This document shows positions 1 through 11,100 of a DNA stretch of 64,000 nt, piece after piece. Source of the stretch: Eukaryota sp. GEM-RC1 (Eukaryota); contig JAUFOQ010000001.1 of assembly GCA_040285855.1 (NCBI GenBank), forward strand, positions 2,232,001 to 2,296,000, given 5' to 3'. The notes under the pieces are model-generated. The model worked only from the letters and a program-made list of their open reading frames with translations, searched no databases and was not told where the DNA came from. How positions within the stretch are numbered: the first letter of the stretch is position 1; every line of letters starts with the position of its first letter. The translations under genes were made by a program, and so were the position numbers.

Positions 1-71
1 AATATCATTATTTATTTGAAATATTTAAATACAAATATTTTTCCGTAGACACTGGTTCGAATCCTAAGAAG

Positions 72-727
72 CATACTTGTAAAATACAGATCTCTGTATT
101 TTATGTATTTTGTATTTTATGTATTTTATGTATTTTTCAAAAGTGGGTTTTAAAATACAAACTGTATTTTAGTGTATTTTTCGAACACACGTTCCAAGTG
201 CTTTTTTAGCACAGATTTGATGTAAAACGAGTCGATTAGATAGAGATAGTCGTACTTTTTTGGTTTGGGAGGTCGTTTGTTTATGAACTGATTGCACTTC
301 TCAGAGTCAAATCCAGAATAGATGATGAACAAATGAAACAAAAAGAGTTCAACATATAATTTCAACCAGACCCTCCTTCATGACTTCTCTTCCCCAATCT
401 ATACTATCAATCCACTCTATACCTATTTTATGAATTTCTTGATGTTGAACAAGAGAATCAGAAAGTTGTACAAGTTGAAGATGATGGAATTGGTGAGTTA
501 GTGGAGATCCATGACGATGCACTAATGTTGGATACGGTGTCACCAACTACAGGAAAACGCAAACGTAGACAACAATCTACTACTGTACCGTTAACGTTGA
601 GTCGTGGAGATGAAGATTGACTGACGTGGATGTTTGTATTTTACTTTGAATTTTAGTGTATTTTATGTATTTTTGTATTTTACAAATGAAAACTCGTGTT
701 ACACCAGTCGTGTATTTTACAAGTATG
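72..727. mobile_element. Non-autonomous hAT-type element (MITE), 656 bp
   Basis: 17-bp TIRs CATACTTGTAAAATACA (72-88) and TGTATTTTACAAGTATG (711-727); perfect 8-bp TSD CTAAGAAG (64-71, 728-735); subterminal GTATTTT repeats. Confidence 0.9.
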
Positions 728-954
728 CTAAGAAGTGTTTCCCATCAATGTTACTTACACTTGTTCATCAACCTGGCATAACAATACCAATAAGCTGTCA
801 ATCGTCTCCTTGATTTTCACCTATTGTTTTCGTCGTTCATCTTCAATTATCTCCGTTTTCAGATAAGTCTTTTCCATAATTTCCTCCATACTGTAAACAT
901 CATCAACACGTGTCTTTTGCAAGAGAGAAGTGGATGTTAGACAAGAAACTAAGT

Positions 955-1330
955 TCTTGCATGAACGATCTGACGAACCACTTCACGTCATTTTCTCAAG
1001 GTGACTGGTATCTACGCATCTTTTCATTCTACATTGATCTTCCTTTCAGTTCCTTGCTGAAGTCACTCCCTCTCTGCTAGCCTTGACATTCTGCTAGGTA
1101 TCTCTCCCATTGATCTGTTGAAGATGTAGAAGCTATATTCTATTATTGGTTTTGTAAAAGATCAAGTTAGAGTTGGACTGTCTACGGCGTGATGGCGTGA
1201 TCTAGTGTCGAAGTACATGTAAATCATCGAGTGAACGAAGAAGTTCATCGCCAACATCAACGTTTGCTCTCTAGTCATTCCTTATGTCTACCTCCTGAGT
1301 CTTATTAGTTCTTGAATCTTTTTCTCTCTT
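955..1330 (+). repeat. Dispersed repeat of unknown origin; other copies at ~45120-45480 (+) and ~28290-28400 (-)
   Basis: Shared blocks such as GTGAACGAAGAAGTTC..CATCAACGTTTGCTCTCTAGTCATTCCTT..CCTGAGTCTTA. Confidence 0.8.
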
Positions 1331-2229
1331 CTCTTCTCTTTTACTGTCTTGCACATTTACCTTTTCATTGGTTTTTCCACAGTTTCTATTGATCTTTCCT
1401 GTTCCTTACTTCTAAGTTTCGAATGTACAGCTGAGTCTCACGTTATCAATTGAATGAATGTACCTTTCTAACGTATTCGATCCTCGAGTTGTTGACTACT
1501 TGTGACTACTTCTACTCCCGTTACCACTAGTACTCTTCTCCCGGAGAATGAGTATGCTCTCCGTTTGCGTTGCTTCAACTCTATCTTCTCATCTTTGAAG
1601 AATTCTTCACATTAACAAGGACATGAGACTTTCTTGAAACTCGTCTTCATCTCTCTCAACCTAACTCATCAGTGAGATCATTCCAAAGATGTTCTTTGTA
1701 GTTTGTAGATCTATCACAATTGAAATCCACCATTTAGCTATTCGCTGTTGATTGTAGCTCCATATCAATGTTCTTTATACTAGTAACGGGAGAAACTTGG
1801 TTGTTGTTCTTTCAAAATTCAGGACAATGTTGCTGATCCCGAGAGGCCTCAAATGTTCTGAATCATGTAATTTAACTATTTTTACCCGAATTGATTAGGA
1901 ACATTTCCTTTATATTTGTTCTATTTGGTATATCCATGATATATCAATGTTCTGTGTATAGTGGAAACACTAATAGACATGTCGTTTCTACTATACAACA
2001 GAGATTTCGTTTCTCAAAACTCCATTTGTGTCTGTCATACATTAAAGATCTGTTCTCTTAGGGTAGTTTGTCAGGATTTTATCGCTGAGACTCGCTAATA
2101 GCTCTTCTTTTGCGTAGCAAACTGTCAGAACGTGACTTGTGTTAATCGAACATCCGCTTGTACATTTTCGAAAAATTGTTTATCTACTGCATCGTACTTT
2201 AGGGAATTCTTCAGGGTTTACGCAAAAGA

Positions 2230-2564
2230 AGTGTCAAAATGAGGTTTACAGAGCAAAGAGAGATTTGATACAATGATTCGAGTCAACAACAACGAACATT
2301 GACAAGTTCTTGAGGTGTGAGTTGCAGTTCGGATCTTTATCCATTTACAGTCGTCGCAAAGAACAGCTTGATCGTTTGTAACCTTTTAAGATAAGATAGC
2401 ATTAAAGATGTACTATTCCAGCGAGTTTTAACATCCCTTCTACTTGAATGGGTATTCATGTCGTCAAAACAATCACTAAATTCCTGTGTAAGCTGTGTTA
2501 AGCCTACCAAGGTTTGACCAAGTGTCTTGATAGTAAATTGAAAATACTTGTTCACAATATACAA
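2230..2564 (-). pseudogene. hAT transposase remnant
   Basis: Motif RRDVKTRWNSTSLML (hAT TRWNS) in ORF 2337-2564. Confidence 0.7.
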
Positions 2565-2684
2565 TTTAAGGATTTGTTTGCAACAAAAACAGTTGCCAAT
2601 ATATATTTGTTTTGCAGCATAATAAATAAATGTTCAAACTATTGTTTAGTTAATCACTAACATATACTAAATTAATTATACTAA

Positions 2685-2913
2685 TTGGAAGACTTGTGAG
2701 GGTGAACGCACGCAAAGTGAAGTTTATGGCTGGACCATTCTTAAGGAGCATGTGCGGCAGATGCACCCCGATTACGAAACTATCATGACTGCCGCATCAT
2801 CTTCTCGACAGCACTCTGTTTCCACTGTCACGACGACTACTTCATCTGGAATCTTCTCTTATCTTCACTGGGTCTTCAATGGCAGGATACCTTGCAGCTT
2901 TATTTCAACAAAA
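2685..2913 (+). pseudogene. hAT transposase N-terminal remnant, interrupted by LTR element A
   Basis: KTCEGERTQ..GWTILKEHVRQMHPDYE...IFSYLHWVFNGRIPCSF resembles the BED-finger region and the following LPFSF region of hAT transposases. Confidence 0.5.
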
Positions 2914-3042
2914 TGTTGTAGTTGTAGATTTGTGTAATTTCATATTAGGTTTTTATCTTCCCCCTTACATCTTTAGAGGTTCTTCTCCTTATAAAGGTTC
3001 TCCTCTTTAAGTATGTACCATTTTAGTGCACAAAGACCAACA
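2914..3042 (+). repeat. Putative 5' LTR of element A (129 bp)
   Basis: 5-bp terminal inverted repeat TGTTG/CAACA; TATAAA at 2990; junction palindrome CAGTAATTACTG as in elements B-D; no second LTR to confirm the boundaries. Confidence 0.7.
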
Positions 3043-4708
3043 GTAATTACTGTGGGCAATCCCCAACAAACCAACTCACTTTCAGCTCCTCTCCTGAACG
3101 GAACATCCCGTCTGGAGTCTTGTAAGTTCTTGGAGGACCTCCAAGCTTACGCCGCTGCTCTCCAGGCTTCCGAAGCATTGTCCCGCCCTGCTGCCGCTGG
3201 AAGCCGAAGAAGAGTTCGAGTCCGCCACCGAATCCGAAGGTGAAGACAATGAAGCCGTATCAGCCAGAGGTCCCGCCCCTCCCTCCAGAATTGTTCGCTC
3301 ACCTATGCTACAGTTCTGTCCCGACCCATCCGAAGTCTCTGTCCCGCCAGAGATGAACTCCCTTATCCCTGTTATCCGACGCTTTATTAGCCCTCGACTT
3401 TTATCCGCTATCCCTCTCCTCTGTCCCGAAGCTGAGGAAGACAACGAACAGCTTCTCGCGTGGATCTACTCCAACTCGCTCATTCATGATGAAGCTCTCG
3501 CCGACCGTCTACTTTCGAAGATCAGCATGAACCCCTCTATAAAAGAGTCCTCCATGCGCTTAGCAGACTACGTTCTAAGGTTTCAAGACCTTAAGAAACA
3601 GATTTCCCACTTGATTTTTAAAGAAGATCACTTCCTGTCCTCCTTTATCAAAGGCATCACTCCTTCTTCCGTCTCTTCTCGTATCTTCTCTTCATTCAAA
3701 AACGGGAGAGTTTCTTCTCTCGACGAAATCTTATCTCTCACCCGCCAACTCTTTGCAGCAATGCAACTCTCCTATTCTCTTGAAGAACCCCGTCCTCAAC
3801 AACCAGCTCCCAGTCGAACAACTAACCGACAACCCAGAACTCAACCTCGCTCTTCTAGACCCTCTCATTCTTCTTCTCACCTCACTTGCGCTTACTGCAA
3901 GGAGCCGGGACATGTCAAAGCCGACTGTCCAGATCCCAGCTGCCGAGCGAGTCGATTTCACCGCCCCTTATCCACTCCTCAATACCCTGCCCAACAAAAT
4001 CGAAGCCCTAGACCCCCTGCTCGAGAAAATCCCCCACGAAGCGTTCCAAGAGACCAGCCACGAAGTCAGCCTGTCCATCGCAGAAATCAAAGAGATCCTA
4101 CCATTAATCGCCGACCTAATACCCGTTCTTCCAACCAACGCCAAGTCAACGCAGTGGATACCACTTTACCTGCTCCAGAATTTGTGGATCACATTCCCCT
4201 TTGTCTACCTGTAGACCTTGGGATTGATGATTCACAGAGCAACTCTGTTAATGCTATTTCTACTCACCTAACTTCAGACCCTTGTAAACTTTCCCACAAG
4301 AATGACTTTTTAAAAATTAATCTTACTATCAATGGAGTACCTACTATGGGCACTATTGATACTGCCGCTAAGACTTCTTGCATTACCCAAGACATTGCCT
4401 CAAATGCTAACATGGAAATTTCTGAAAAACAAATTCCAATCTTCCTAGCTAACCAGTCTAGAATTTACTCCCCCGGTCTTGCCTGTGGCTACCTTACTTT
4501 TCTTTTCGAAGGCCCAGCCAAGAAAGTTCACCTGAAGTCCACCTTGCCTATCTTACCAGGTCAAAACCAGCTCTTAATCGGTTGTGATATCCTGACCAAA
4601 CTTGGTCTTATGGATGCCAACGGTGTGTATATCAAACTGGACGAAGAACACCGAAGATTTATCTCTGCTGAAACTGCTTTTGACCAGTTTATGACTACTC
4701 CCCCCTGA
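3013..4708 (+). CDS. gag: Gag-protease of element A (one +1 frameshift near 3200)
   Basis: CAYCKEPGHVKADC zinc knuckle; aspartic protease motif IDTAA; ORFs 3013-3243 and 3305-4708 join if one G is removed at 3199-3200. Confidence 0.85.
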
Positions 4709-4709
4709 A

Positions 4710-5846
4710 GTGTTTGCTACCAATCCTAGTTCCCCAATTAACTCATTTAAACAACAACTTGAACAGAAGAAAACCAGAATAGAACTTCCCCCCGTCGAAA
4801 AAGAAGCCTTAATTAACCTTCTTGCTGAATTCAGTGACGTGTTCAGTGATCTGCCACATCCAGATGGCATCGACTGTGAGCCTATGAGAATTCCCTTCGC
4901 CGATGAATCCCGAATAGTAAGCCGTCCGCCTAGGAACCTTAGCCCAGAGAAGCTAGAAATTGCCAACAAAGAATTCGATGACCTCCTTAAGAAGAACTTT
5001 GCCGTTCCGAATGAAACTAAGTGGTCCTCGCCTATCTGTTTGGTGACCTACGCTGACAAGGCCCCTAGATTAACCGGTGATTTTAGTGGCAAGAATGGGA
5101 TCAACGACCTCTCACGCACTCTGGAAGCCAATTTACCAAAAATCGCTGACATTCTGCCCGTTCTGTCTAAGGCAAAATATATTGCTACTCTCGACTTACC
5201 TAAAGCCTTCTGGCAAGTCAAACTTCACCCAGATGACGTGAAAAAAGCTTCACTATCCATACCTGGACGTTCAATTTCTTTTACTCGAGCTGCTTTTGGA
5301 CTGAAAAATGTCCCAGCTTTCTTTCAAAACTTGATGGTCTCATTCTTCGCCGATGAAGACATTTTTATTTACATCGATGACATAATCGTATGTTCGGAAG
5401 ACATTTCAGATCTACTCGCTAAACTCAGGAAAATTCTATTGAAAGCTCGTGACAAACGAGTTAGATTTGGCCTTCGCAAATGTGATTTTATTACTTACAA
5501 GAGTAAAATCGAGATCCTAGGATGCATCTTCCAGAATTTTCAACGTTCGATTAGTCCAGATCGTATCAAAGCTATCTGCTCACTCCCGCGATCAAAGACC
5601 TTATCAGAAGTTCGAAGTTTTGTTGGATCAATTAACTTCATTAGAGACTGGATTCCCAACCTTGCTTCCGTACTAGAACCAATTTCAAATCTGCCAAGAA
5701 AAACTAACAAGATCATCTGGACCGCCGAAACCGAAACTTGCTTCAGAGAAATTTTGAAACTAATCTCCAGCAACATTCCTTTAAACTTGCCGGACGCCAA
5801 AGCTACTATTCTGATTTCCACCGACGCCTCCGAAGTAGGCCTTTCC
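4710..5846 (+). CDS. pol: Reverse transcriptase and start of RNase H, element A
   Basis: LDLPKAFWQ, FGLKNVPAFFQ, YIDDII, ISTDAS; clearly homologous to element B RT. Confidence 0.9.
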
Positions 5847-7722
5847 GGAAGGGTCAAGGACTCATATACCCCCATGATCACCCAAGTGGTACTGACCTAC
5901 CCCCAGTCACCAAAATGGTATTGACCTACCCCTGTTCTCTTTCCTTCACTCTAATAATGAACTTACATAGCCTTAAACCACCTATAACCAGTATTTTATA
6001 AAGATCTACAATAAACACTGTTCTTCATCGCTCTCTTCCTCTGAAGAAGAACCACTATCTCCACTCCACTCAGTGTCTTCACTATCTACATCACATTCTT
6101 CTATTTCGACTCGAACAACGTTGAAATCGTCCAAATCTGTTTGTCCCATATTCTGACTCAACTTGACTCTTTTCTTTTCTGGCTTTCACCTGGTTTGTAA
6201 CGGCGGATTCGCGGTCTACCTCTCCCTGTTTTGACTTCTGGTGGAAGAATCGTAACACTTGCCAGAGTAATTGAAAGGTCTATCGGAAGTATTCCTTCTC
6301 CATACGTACGTTTGTAGTTTTCGCTGTAGTAGTAGCTATCAACTCCTGATGCGATGTTGCGTTTCAACTTCAAAAGAGCGGCAATTCCGTGACTACATGG
6401 ATAACCTGTCAGTTGCCACTTTTGACACAAACATGATCAATTATTGACATCAACTACAAATGACCGTACATCGTTGGTGACCTTAACAAAGGTATCTTCA
6501 CTTCTCTCAACAACTGTACATTCATATTGCCATGCTTCACTCAACAAGGACTTCACCTTCTGGAAAACCTTATCACTTACAGTTCCTTTCATATCAGATG
6601 CTTCTTTGAATCTTTTCTCAAACCATAGAGACAGTTTTTCTGCGATTGCGTTTACCATTCGGACAATGGGCATTCCTCGAACATTTAACAACCATGCATT
6701 CAAGCTTTCGATTAAATTAGAGGTCAGATGGCCGTAGCGTAAACCAGGAAAGTGGACTGAGGTCCAGTGTTCTAATCCTGCTGAAACCAACTTCTCGTAG
6801 GCTTTAGACGACTCAGATCTTATCTCAGTCAAAATATTATTGAGATCATCTTCGCTTTCAGCTTTGGCTGCTTTCCATATGAGGGAACTGAAACGCACGC
6901 CAACATTTTTCGCTAAGTGACGCAAACAGTAAGAATGAGCGGCCTCGGGATATACTCGCCTGACTGCTTCTAAGAGTCCTTTCTCCCTGTCGCTAACAAA
7001 AGTAACGACATTGTTTCCAAAACAGCTTTGAAACTGTTCAAAGAACCAGACCCAATTATCTAGGTTTTCACCAGAGACTACAGCGAAGCCAAGAGGAAAC
7101 AGCTGTCCTTGTGCGTCAACAGTGCTCGACGTAAGTAGCACTTGCTTGTATTTATTATGCAAGTGAGTGCCATCTACTTGAACTAATGGACGGCAATAGT
7201 TGTAACCACAGATTGTCCCCCCAAAAGCAATAAAGAACCTTTGAAACTGTCCTTCATCCAAATCTAAAGCAGTAACTGTTCCTGGATTGTGACTTTTCAA
7301 CAACTCCAAGTAAGAGCTTAGTTGATTGAAGTTATCTTCAAAGCTCCCGAATAGTTGTTCTCTACATAATCTACGCATAGCTTTGATCATGTGTTTTTTT
7401 ACAGTAACTTTAACGTGTTGTTTCAAATCAACAGCGAGATCGCTGCATTTGGAAGAGGGGTTTTGTGAGATTTTTTCTTGAATATAGGAAAGAGAGGCCA
7501 AGTACTTAGAAGAAGGAGGTGGTGGAGTATATGTTGTCTCGTCTTCAAGCTGACAAATGTGATCTTTTAGAGCTGTCACTTTATACAGGGTTTCTGGTGG
7601 GGATTTCGCAGGTCGAGATGCACGACAAACATATTCACATTGCTTGTTTGTACAAACTGCTTTGATCTGTTTATGTTCAGACTTTTTAAAGATGTAGTAT
7701 CGGCAGCTTGATTGAACTAACC
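5847..7722 (-). mobile_element. MULE/MuDR DNA transposon, 5'-truncated; transposase ~7722-6158 with one in-frame TGA at 6437-6439
   Basis: VDGTHL, FVSDREKGL, CLRHL, TSNLIESLN (MULE DDE); SWIM finger CLCQKWQLTGYPCSH; GRPR motif; G-rich terminus at ~5847 with TGACCTACCCC subrepeats. Confidence 0.9.
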
Positions 7723-8055
7723 GTGAGTACTCTGAAGGCTTCCTGCAGTAGTACTTCTGGATTTTCGAGATGAAGGATTTTGAACAGCATAATGTAATCA
7801 ATCTGTGCTTCCTCCAGTCCTGTTTCATGTTCAAGAACATCTCTGATTTCAAGATGTAACTTGTTTATCCCATTTGTTCGAATTTCTTTGCTAGCAACAA
7901 CAGCCATTTCTTGTTCTATATCAAAAGCATATATTGTGCCGCTTATTCGCTGCGCCGCTGGGATAGTAAAGGTTCCGTATCCAAATCCAATCTCCATGAG
8001 GTCATGAACGTCAGAGTCAATCTCCATTTTTGTTAGTATCCCAGAAACATCAAAG
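7686..8055 (-). pseudogene. Class I SAM-dependent methyltransferase, 3' part (C-terminus truncated against the MULE)
   Basis: Motif I MEIGFGYGTFT, motif II IYAFDIE, and IDYIMLFKILHLENPEVLLQEAFRVL. Confidence 0.85.
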
Positions 8056-8146
8056 TAATACCTAAAGGTGCAAAGGGGAAGGTAAAGGGTGTTTATAAAT
8101 CAAATTATACGTACTAGTAACACTTCACTAACACCTGTGGCTAACA
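8056..8146 (-). repeat. 3' LTR of element B (91 bp, TG...TA)
   Basis: Identical to 14754-14844. Confidence 0.95.
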
Positions 8147-11100
8147 TTACCTCTTCTCTCTTCTTGAGCTCCTTGTCCTCTTAGCTACAGGTGTCTTAAC
8201 TACAGACGATGACTTTGGAATACTCATACTACTTGAGGTACGTTTAAGCTTAGTGGGTTTACTCTTAGCTACGTTTCTACTATTACAAAATAAATCTACA
8301 TTTTCTAATTTTACAAATTCACTGTACGCCTTGGTGTTCTTGATGTCCTTGGTGGGAACTGATGAAGTATCACCACCAAACCAAAGAACAGTACAATGTT
8401 CACCATCGGGTGTATTGAACCTATCTAGGATCTTAACCACGATGTGTTCTTCAGAATCCCCAGAAGCAATTGCTCTGTGGAGATCATGATCAGCAGGTAG
8501 ATCTGATTGAAAGATCTTACATTGATGAATGCTAGTTTTACTAACATATCCAGTGATCAGATTCTTTAAGGAAACTGACGATTTCGAATCAATTGAGACA
8601 ACTAAATAAGGTCCAGTGTAATTACCATGAAGCTTACTAGTTTTGGATGCTTTTAAAACAAGGTCTCCAACATTGAATGATTGACTGGGGCCAGACTTCT
8701 TCTTTGGCTTGAGTCTCGATTGACGAACCTCTGCCTCTTCTCTCTTTTTAGTAAGACGATCCAGTTTCATTTTAATGTCGTTAATAACCGGAACATTCTT
8801 TGTGGATTTCTCGACAGCAGCTAGTAAATTACTAGGATCTGCACCAGGACTTATGTCACTACCAAACATCAATTCATAAGGTGAGTGCCCAGTCACAGAA
8901 CTATTCGTTGCGTTGATTTGCAATTGTACAGTTGGAATGTACGTTGACCAATTGTCATAATCATTGAAGTCCACAAGAAGACGACGTAGGCTTTGCAGAA
9001 CGTCTCTGTGACGTCGTTCCACCAGTCCATTACTCTGGGAGAAATGAGGAATCGAACGACTTACTTCAATCGCCAGTAGGTTACATATTGCCTCGAAAAT
9101 AGCATTGGCAAACTCGGTACCATTATCACTATGGATACAAAACGGTATTCCAAAGATAGCAATCACATCCCACACAAGACGAAATGCTACTTCTCTACTG
9201 TTAAGTTCTTCGAGGGGGCTCAAAATGGTGTATCTGGTGAAAGAATCTACAAACACCAATAGGAATTGGTTTCCATTTTGATCTTTTGGAAGTGGACCAA
9301 TTGTGTCGACATTAAGTCTAGCAAAAGGTCTATCAGCCCATAGAGAACCCGTCGGTTCAATTATCTTTTTAGGGACAGGTGCCGTTTTCTGACACGCAGG
9401 GCATTGCTTAACATGTTTTACCATGTCAGCTTTCATACTTGGCCAAAAGTAACCACTATTGAACAATATTTCCAAACTTCGTTTCTTGTTTGGATGTCCT
9501 GACTGGACTAATCCATGTAGCATGTAAAGAACTTTCGTTCTCAAACTAGATGGAATCAAAATCTTGTTCTTGGAGTTGATGTATACATTGCTCATAGTAC
9601 ACAGTGTTGAATCCTGAAACAGTTGATCTCCTTCATTGATGGCTTTATGTTGTTCAGCTCGAATGGTTGATAACCAAGAATCAAATAAAGGCAATTTATT
9701 GTATGTTGAGAGGTCTTGTAGACTCTTGATAGCTAGTATGTTGGTGTTACAAGGAAGCATCTCAACGTAATCAGCTTCATCATAGATTAACCCTTCGTGA
9801 GAAAGAATTATATCATTTCTGATGGTATGATTTGAGATCAACAGAGATTTGATTGTTTCAACTGGGCGACGGTCAATGACACGTGATAACATGTCAGCCC
9901 ATTGATTGTTTGTACCAGCTACATGCTCTATCTCAAAATCAAACTCCGAGAAAATTGGAATCCATCGTTTGACAATACGATTCTTCTCTGGAGCTGAAAT
10001 CAGATAAGCAAGGTTCCTATGATCTGTAAAGATCGTCAAATGCCTACTTAATAGGAAACCTTCTAAACTAGATTCGGTCAGAATCAAGAGAATGGCATAC
10101 AGCTCTTTCTGGATAGCTGCCCAATTCTGTTGACTATCATTGAGTAAACGGCTATAAAACGATACAGGTCTAACTCTACGTTCTTCTAACGGAGTTCCTG
10201 GAGGAGCTGGAGGATTTTCTTCCTGCCAGATCACACCACCAACAGCAATGTCGGATGCATCAGTTGATATGATAATGTTCTTATCAGTATCAGGTAAGTC
10301 TAAAGCCATATGGTTTATTATTTCAGTTTTAATTTTGTCTAATAAAGCATCATGGTCTTTTGTCCAAGCAATTCTCTTGGGTTTACCACGAGTCAGTTCA
10401 TTGATTGATGCAGTCAAGTTCGAGTAGTTTGGAATCCATTCACGAACATAATTTAAAGCACCAAGTAAACTTCTAACTTCAGGTAAAGTTGAAGGAGCAG
10501 GTAACTCAATCAACGCCGAAACTCTTTTATCATCTATGCAACGGGTTTTATTACAAAAGTTGCTGCCCAGAATCTTATTAGGATGTCTAGAAGTGGTGAA
10601 CCTACACTTCTTCAATCCAATCCGTACTCTAAAACGTTCTGCTCGTTCCAGTACTAGATTTATTCTTGAAATAAACTCTTCAAAGGTATTGCCTACAACA
10701 ATTATATCATCAATATAAATGAAAACACCTTCGACATTGAAAATTTCCATCATGATGTTTTGAAAGATTGCTGGTACGTTTTTCAATCCAAAACATGCTC
10801 GTTTAAAGCTAATTGACATTCCAGGTATAGACACACTGGTCTTCTCGACATCTTCTTCAGCTACATTTAGCTGCCAGAATGCTTTAGGAAGGTCAAGTGT
10901 TCCAATGAAATTAGCTTTCGAAAGGAACTCTAGAACATCACAGATCCGTGGTAAATTTGGTTTCACCGGTCTGGTATTAGCATTAATCCCATCAGGTCCA
11001 CTGAAATCTCCAGTTAAACGAGGCTTACGGTGATCATTATATACCACCAAGACTATGGGACTACTGAACTTACCAGTTGATGGTACGGTCCATCCTTGTC

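Larger units (their letters stand above)
2914..5846 (+). mobile_element. Ty3/gypsy LTR retrotransposon A, 3'-truncated at the start of RNase H by a MULE end
   Basis: Putative 5'LTR TGTTG...CAACA followed by gag, CCHC knuckle, protease, RT and RNase H start (ISTDAS); no integrase or 3'LTR in the window. Confidence 0.9.

Noticed and set aside
54..64. GGTTCGAATCC tRNA T-loop/B-box
   Set aside because: No T-stem pairing or cloverleaf on either side of the MITE
6437..6439. In-frame TGA in the MULE transposase as evidence of stop-codon reassignment
   Set aside because: Context NN*SCLC fits a CGA(Arg)>TGA mutation; conserved Trp codons elsewhere are TGG and TGA terminates polyubiquitin normally
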